From Takakia lepidozioides (lineage: Eukaryota > Plantae > Bryophyta), in assembly GCA_030704615.1 (NCBI GenBank), contig CM060734.1:54312001-54376000 (forward strand): a stretch of 64,000 bases of DNA, in the 5' to 3' direction. A program made the translations under genes and the position numbers. Shown piece by piece: positions 61,556 to 64,000 of this stretch; the stretch's first letter is position 1, and each line of letters opens with the position of its first letter. Below the pieces are notes generated by a model. It worked only from the letters and a program-made list of their open reading frames with translations. It ran no database searches and had not been told where the DNA came from.

Positions 61556-64000
61556 CGGATTTCATGAGCGGACTCCTCCAAATTGGAAATGCGGCAGATT
61601 AAACAAGTATTAAAATAATAGTTTTTTATTTGACCTTGCGTTTTTTGGACGTTCCAGATCATGTAATGCGGCGAAGATATGTCGTCAGTAACAAGTCCGC
61701 TCATGGTTTTTTAGATCCTCATGGAAATAAGTGACCGTGCAACGGGAAATCCAGTATACCTGCAAAAGGATGTCGCATACTGGCCTGTATAGAGTATTCC
61801 GCGGTTTTACATGCTTAACATTGGAAATGAAGCTGACCCTTTTGCCGCGATTGAACCAATGGAGTCTGCACCAATACAGTCTGCAGTACTTCACAATTCT
61901 GTCTTCTTCGGGTATTCGGGTTTGCAACTGAACTGGGAAATAAGGTGCCGCATTAGGGTTCGCAAGTGCGAAATTTCGGAGCGGTTTGGTGTTGGCGAAG
62001 GCCGCCTCTGCCAGTACCTACGACGATACTTGGAAATGCGGCGCGCATTTCCTTGTCGGAGGTCGAATGAGGAAAGCAAGTTTTCGGAAAGCAGAAAAAA
62101 CATGAACCCTCCAACATACAAAAATACATGCACGTGGAAGCAAGTGAACGATATAGTAATATCTTAGTTCGAGCAAAACAGGTTACTGGTAGGCAAGACA
62201 TATGTCGGACCTTTCTGTGGCCAGAGTCTGAGGTACTGGCAGCAGTACAGTTCTACTATCCGAAAAAGGATGGCGTACCATTGTATTGGAACGCAAGCCA
62301 AGCTCACTGGTCCCTGGATCCATATTCAGAAGAGTGTGAACCTCCTGGGGGGCTCAACCCTGGTGCATGTATGAAGTGATGAGTTGTGGAATTACAACGG
62401 AGTCTCTTTAGGTACACGTAGTACAAATGCTTGCAAGGGCAGTATGATGCCCCCTTGTTCGCCATGATCTGGAAAGTCGGTGCAATTGCAGGTGGTAATT
62501 CTGAAATGGTGATGGTGTACACCTCATTGCGAACAGCTGAGCCCGCCGTGGCCATCTGATACACACGCCGAATCCTGGTGGGGGCACTTCTGTCGAGCTG
62601 GATTGTACAGTTCATCCGAAGTGCATTCCCATCCTTGTCTCGTTCACTTTTGAGGGAGGTCGCCGCCTCTTCGGTTTCCCCCCAACGGTGTGTAGGATGT
62701 TAGAGCTGTGTGTCCCATTGTTCTTGCTCTCACAGGGGTCGGTGGTGGAGGCTGTGGAAGCGGAAGGAAATGGTTCTGGGGACGTCATGCGCTGCACCAT
62801 CCGAAAATCCTGCGGCGGGTAAGGGCGTCGGCCTCAACCTGACTCAGATCGCAGCCTGGTTCCACCGGCCCACACCGGGGGAGCCTCTGGCATTGTTTGT
62901 ATGTTGTACTTGGGCTTTTCCATACACGCAAGTCATAATGTCGTGCTGCAGAACCAGAACTGGGTGGTCGCCTCCGCAAACTTTGCATGGACAAATCTTC
63001 CTGTAAAAGTAGGAGCAGGGACAGCCCCATCTGGATCCTCCTTATCATCTCTAAACAACGTTGCCGTGTATCCACACGAATTGCGGAACACCTTCCTCGA
63101 AACGACGGCTTTGTGCGAGCAATTTCTCCACTGTGATGCAGACACAGTCGTCTCCACAATGGCTTGGCCATAGGCATAACAGCGGGCGGAATGTGGGGCA
63201 AGGGAGCGGTGGGAATTTTTGCACGAAATCCCCGGTTGAAGGCGACGGCGATCTGGAATTTCTTGGGCTTCCATGCTGGAAGACACATGTGCGGCAACAT
63301 GACGGACCTCGAGGTGCTGTCCGATGTTCCTGTCGGATCTCCAGGAATCCTCTTCGCACCCGGGTTCCTCTTCAATCTCCGCCTGAAGGGCGAGTCCGGA
63401 CGTCCCCCTAGGTGTTCACCTCTGCGGTGCAGAGGCGTCCCTTTGATCTTCTCTCGCCAATGCTGTCGCCCATTTCACTGGATTCTTGGACCTCGAAGCT
63501 GTTCGTACCAACAATTCCTCCTGTCCGGCCCAAAGCCCCATTGTTGCCGCTCAGGAACTTGTAGTACGTGGCTTGCTGCATGATTGCTCTGTCGATGTCC
63601 TCCGTTGTGGCCGTCACTACGTCCACAGATGTGCGGCAGAAGATGACGCTCGCCAGGAGGAGTGGACCGATTCTGCCATATTCGTGTTCGGCATGTCCGT
63701 GTCGGAATCCAAGCACCGCTCCTAGAAGGACACAAACAATGGTGAGGGACCAATCGAAATGTCCGTAACAGAAAGACAAATGAACGAAAATGACAGCAGC
63801 CTACCTCCCGCATGTACTGTCCGAACTGTCGATACCGAAAATGCCACCACCCCAACCAGCTGTGCAATGCTCCCAGATTGGTTGTCTCCACTGCACCTGA
63901 CGTGTTCCACCAAGCCTCGATGATAGCAAACTTAACCTCCGCGTCATCAAATGTGGGTGCATCCTTCCACGCCGTACAAAGGACACGGTGTTCAGCCTGG
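61556..64000 (-). mobile_element. MULE family B, third copy (inverted, transposase 3' part), runs off the window
   Basis: Reverse complement of about 56610-59065, lacking the last 88 bp of the right terminus. Confidence 0.92.

Overview
Eukaryotic, almost certainly plant, transposon-dense DNA with no intact ordinary host gene. It holds (i) a LINE remnant with a chromodomain, a degenerate PCIF1-like adenine-MTase region and RNase H, split by a Mutator-like element (MULE, family A, 10-bp TSD) and a later 0.93-kb inversion; (ii) three CACTA left termini; (iii) a full-length minus-strand Ty3/Gypsy element (24085-37190) with a large extra 3' ORF, followed by tandem LTR-PPT-LTR units and a fold-back; (iv) a complete 14.4-kb MULE (family B, 44789-59153, TSD CACTGTGTTG) and two partial inverted copies. 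Main finding: MULE-B carries, opposite its transposase, an intron-containing gene fusing a ParB/Srx-like domain (DGNHRLLA = GxxRxxA) to a beta-class N4/N6 DNA-methyltransferase-like domain with a non-canonical DIPDG motif. MULE-A keeps the MTase half of a homologous gene, and a third locus keeps the ParB half. Each of the three lineages has its own array of 22-26-bp palindromes around a CG-N4-CG core, phased at 53 bp in family B. This suggests a transposon-borne ParB/parS-like self-recognition or epigenetic (anti-silencing or self-marking) system; that function is inference. Many frameshifts are 1-bp homopolymer indels and may be long-read errors. All domain calls are by eye.
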